Assembly (NCBI GenBank): GCA_964016885.1
Contig: OZ024742.1
Coordinates: 135,036,001 to 135,100,000, forward strand
DNA length: 64,000 nt
From: Eledone cirrhosa
Lineage: Eukaryota
Direction: 5' to 3'
Part shown: in pieces, positions 57,422 to 64,000 of the stretch
Layout: each line of letters opens with the position of its first letter
How positions within the stretch are numbered: position 1 is the first letter of the stretch
Notes under the pieces: model-generated
Told to the model about the DNA's origin: nothing
The model's database searches: none
Seen by the model: the letters and a program-made list of their open reading frames with translations, nothing else
Program-made: the position numbers and the translations under genes

Positions 57422-59099
57422 AATTACTTTTCCTTTTGAAATTAATCTGGACCTCTTAAATAATGATCAATAACCAATAGATGAGCCAGTAGGTTAATTT
57501 ATTCAAATAGAATCTAAAATATTAAAATAAATAGAATATACTCCTTAATATAAAAAACGACATGGTGATTCCAAGACCTATGGGCCTATTACCCCTTATG
57601 GAGTTCTAGAGAAGTTGTAGTTATATACAATCTGTTTTGGTTCATTAAAGCTGACGAGTCCTACATCTCTACAGTGTTAAGCACATTTCTTCTAAGGAAA
57701 GTGAAAGTGATAGAGAGAGAGAGAGAGAAAGAAATGGATAGTAATAGAGACATAGTGAGAATTGAGATAGATAGATGGGAAAGGGAAAATCTGTAATTCT
57801 GTTTGTGTAGTATTGCTTATTATTGACATCGGGAGGTGAAAGGCAAATTTGATAGCGGGGGGATTTGAACTTACAGCGAACAAAACCGGAATGCAAACCA
57901 CAAAATATTCTATTTGAAATTCTAACGACACTGCGAATTCATCTCCTTCAAGAAATCGGTTACTACCAGAATATTCTTGATGATAGGTCTATACTGAACA
58001 ATAAAAAAGAGGGAAAAACTCACAAATACAAAAAAAATAAGAATGATAAAAAGGAAAGAAGTGCGAAAAACAATACACATAAACTGAAAGAAAGATGGAA
58101 ATAGGAGAATTAATGAACAATTGAGAAAGTGGATATGAAAGAATTAAAGAGGAAGAAAGGGGGAAGAATGAAATGATGACAGAAAAATCTGTAAGATTCG
58201 AAAAACCTTCCAGGGAATGCGGTTAAGAACATGAACAACTCTATTATCATCAGCAGCATACCCTTCTAAAACAGCCACCCAGATATTGCTATCAACACCA
58301 ACACTATCAGCACCATCACAGGCGCAAACACAAGCACCATAAACCCCGTAACGAACCACAACACCACTATTAATAACCCCACTAGCAACAACAAAATTTA
58401 AACAGAATATAACAGAATCCATTTTAACAATGTTTCTTCTATTTCCCTCATTTGTACCACTAAAACAAGCATCCCCCCACACACATACACACGCACCCAA
58501 TCAATCTACTCCATTCATTACGGCTGATCAGTATTGCATCATCATTAATAGGGACTGCGCTAATGAGACCATTAAGAACTCTTAGGAATTTTAACATTCC
58601 AATGCATTCTTCAATACTGGAATCTTCTCTCTCACCCTCTGTCCATTTTGCTACATACATACAATCGTACATATCTACATACATACATATATCCATACAT
58701 ACATACATACATACATACATACATACATACATACATACATACATACATACACATATATATATATACATACATACATGAATAGATACACATATGCATGTAT
58801 GTACGTGCGTGCCGATACATGTATTTATGCATGAGAGGCATGCAAGTGCGTATATTTACTTACCCAGGATATACATTTACAAATATATATATACATATGT
58901 ATGTGTGTGTGTGAGCGCCCCTGTATGTATTCAGTGTAATGACTGATGAAAAATGACATGTATAATACTTATGCCTACACCACGTAATTTTGAGAAAATA
59001 GTTAAGCATTTACATTGAAAAAAGTGTATTTATTGCTAGATATTTTTCAAATTTATCATGTGACACTTCTTCGAGCGTGAGTACCTCGTAAGAGCCACT

Positions 59100-60100
59100 T
59101 CTTCAACCAAGCATAATACTTTCGATAAGAGATACTGCACGTCACCACGCTAAGGCCATGAATTTTAATTACATCCCAGCTCAGCTACCACACAACATAA
59201 CTGGATTTCAGTCTCCTCTGAGTCATCGTTGGCATGCCCATTTATCCGCAGCTTCGAATTTCTATTCATCGCTCACAGAAACGCTTCAAATGTTCTCACA
59301 CCATTCGCCATCTCACCAAAAGATCTCAGCAACTTTTAGTCAGACTCTCTCTATGAAGCAGTCTCACCAAATTAAGCTCAATGCATATGTCAGATGGCAA
59401 TATTTTACCGGTTCTTTTTACTCTGAGTACAAATCCCATCAATGTCAACATTACTTTTCGTATATACGTTGTTGATATATAAACAATCATTCCAATACTG
59501 GGAGAGATTCTGGTATAATTTTTTCATAAATTATCTTCCAATCACTTACCCACCTCTATCTAACTCAGTCTCTTAATATAGCTGACTTGATCTATCTTTC
59601 CATATTCCTCGCACACCTCCTTTGACTGTATGCAGACTTGGAGAGGTATGGTTTCCATCAGAAGCTCATACCGCAGATATGCCGTAGGTCACGATGGTGA
59701 TACTACGAGTCAATCAGAAGTTAAGGATAGATGAATGTCCCCAAGGATGGCATAAATAATACCAATTCTCCCATCAATAACGTCACTAATATTAATTAAT
59801 GCAAATATCAATACAGAATCACAAATTCAGCTTCATATTCGCTAACGTTATATAATACATCCAACAGATCCTGCCGTGAAACAGACTATTGAAAGGTTGT
59901 TCAATATTACGAGCAAATTATCAGTTTTCTCAAAGGCATTGTTGGCAATATGTTTACATAATTGTCCACAACATTAACTCCACATGGCATCCGTCCTATC
60001 TGCCTACCATACAAACAAAAGTTTACATTCAAATCCGTCTGAATAATGATTTCTCCACTTTGGTTTTTCATTCCTCCTGCATATTTATATATATATAAAG
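59100..60100 (-). mobile_element. Degraded LINE apurinic-type endonuclease region
   Basis: IIIQTDLNV (GDFN-like), NNAFEK and downstream traces. Heavily mutated. Confidence 0.35.
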
Positions 60101-60120
60101 CCATTTCAAGAGTTACGGAT

Positions 60121-60198
<78 letters not shown>

Positions 60199-60668
60199 CT
60201 GTTGTTGTCTCTGTGTGCGTGTGTCCTCATTTTTGCAAAGTCTATACAAATCCACATTTCTACCCCGATTGACTTGAAACTTGCATTTATATATTTCTTG
60301 CGGTCTAAAGATATTAACTGCACCTTTTATTTTCAAGTTTCTGTTGTTAAATGGGTGTTAGGCGCCGGTCACGCTCTTATAATATCTGTCTGTGTGCCTG
60401 AGTGTCTGCATTACGACATTCTGACGAACATTGATGACGTATTATGTTCGCTATTATCCGTTCATTGCCAGGGAAGGTCTTCACGAACCAAAGTATCTTC
60501 TTCCTGTTTTCCTTCGGTTGCAACGTTTTTCTAAATATTTACTTCTATGTTCACAGATTGATGTTTTTAGTTTCAGAAGATCCCCTTAAGGGTGAAAGCA
60601 ACGATTCTTTGCTTAAACTTTAATCTATTTTAATTTATATATGTATATGTATATAAAACTGAGGAAGG

Positions 60669-60701
<33 letters not shown>

Positions 60702-61086
60702 TGTATGTATGTATGTATGTATGTATGTATGTATGTATGTATGTATGTATGTATGTATGTGTGTGTGTGTGTGTGTGTGTGTGAGTGTGTGTGTGTGTAT
60801 GTGTGTGTGTGAAACCTGAGAAATACCCAACCGATTTTTTTCAATCTTTACATGTGTATTACTTATGTTTCAACCACTTATGTTTTTGATCCCCAGGGAA
60901 TCAAAAATTCAACTGTTTGATCTCCTGGGGCCCGCATTAGGTGAAAAACTGCGTTTCTTTGAGCTTTTGCTATTTTTTTTGAGGCGTTACTTCAGATCGA
61001 TTTCCTTGAAATTGTATCTACGTATTAGTCAGTTTCTTCTTCATACGGTGATCAAAGAAAATCCAACTTTTTTATGACCATATATA

Positions 61087-61371
61087 GTGGTAGAACACTG
61101 GAAGGTAATATCTGTCCGTAGTGGTAGAGCACTCAGTCCATGGGACGAGTTAGATAAAAGTGGTTACACAACAGTTAATTCACCATACCGAAAACAATTG
61201 TGTCGACTATGTATTGAGGAACGAATAAATATTCTAAAGAGATTATGCAAAAGTGATTGCCTAAACACCGGATTTGAATTCTTCACGCGTTGTCCACACG
61301 TCTCGATCGCCTCTTGCATAACTACAAAACTCCGGATTGAATTACAACATCATAATTTGTTTATCGACTAG
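61087..61371 (+). mobile_element. Penelope-like element C-terminal fragment
   Basis: The ORF contains PYRKQLCRLCIEERINIL...LNTGFEFFTRCPH, the CxLC..E..I / LN...E...C.H tail of PLE GIY-YIG domains. Confidence 0.7.
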
Positions 61372-61499
61372 AAACTTTTCGGACTTTCGCAGTTATCTCC
61401 CTTACACTTCTCGCACGCATTTTAGTATTGCCTGTGTGAGGTGACCGGTTTCTGCGCATGCGCATTTGTATGGTTGTCCTTCCTGTTCTGTGTAACCAC

Positions 61500-63239
<1,740 letters not shown>

Positions 63240-64000
63240 TAGACATACATAGATATATAATAAAAGAGAAAACACAGGTAAGTATTTAAAAAAGGGATTT
63301 TATCCAAGTATTTGCGATCGTTTCATTGGTAAGCGCAACCTTATATCGCTATACTGCAAATAGCAGCCAATCGATAATAACTGTTATTCACCTCCAAATT
63401 TTCAAAATAAGGAATAAGTTACTTGTAAAAGGTTTTAATATATGAAAAATTTTTTTTTGGGGAATCGTATTTACTAGTATATAGAGAGAGAGGACGGGGG
63501 AGAAGAGTTAGGAAGTACAGTGACAAACAATGATGGGGGAGGGTTAAACATGGTAGGATTCCTCGATCAGACTTGATGTCGTCAATTTACAGCGTAGGGA
63601 GTTAAAGAGAATTAAATCGTTTATAGTAGGTGGGAGAGAGAGATGGGGAGAGATAGAGGAATAAATATATATATAAAAAAAGGGGGAAGAGAAAAAAGAA
63701 AAGAAAAGAGAAAAAAAGAGAGAGAGGAGAAAAAATGAAAACGAAAAAAGAAAAAAAGGAATGAAGAGAGGGACATAAGTATTGGTTACTGTGGGTAATT
63801 AAAGGGGTTAGATTCAATAAGAGGGTAGAAAAACTAAGTATATGCTGTTTGTCAGGTGGTAGTAGCAGATTAAGGGTTCGATTTGCATTTGTAGTGCGAA
63901 CATTTTTCTTTAAGTCTATGGTTGCAATAAATTGATCTTTCGATTTTATTGTTGAGTAACTTATTCTTCAAACTCAAAATGTGGAACAGTTGAAGGTCAC

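Overview
This is AT-rich animal genomic DNA saturated with (TA)n, (CA)n, (GA)n and (TACA)n microsatellites. It is most likely from an octopod cephalopod, inferred from the two tRNA-derived SINE families present. No intact protein-coding gene is supported, and most entries in the ORF track are microsatellite translations. The window is a transposon graveyard. It holds CR1/L2-group, RTE, Tx1/L1 and CRE-clade non-LTR remnants, several Penelope-like element (PLE) remnants with GIY-YIG domains, a full-length but disabled hATm-type DNA transposon with an 8-bp TSD, a Tc1/mariner remnant, MITEs and many SINE copies. A 7-kb block of triplet-derived minisatellites lies at 28.3-35.2 kb. The most notable pattern is a set of short non-coding fold-back (tail-to-tail inverted) elements embedded in (TA)n tracts. 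Several carry type I hammerhead ribozyme cores or variants of them, which fits non-autonomous PLE-derived, retrozyme-like elements. A possible decayed spliced gene lies on the minus strand at 17.6-21.3 kb. All family calls are motif recognition by eye; no database searches were run.
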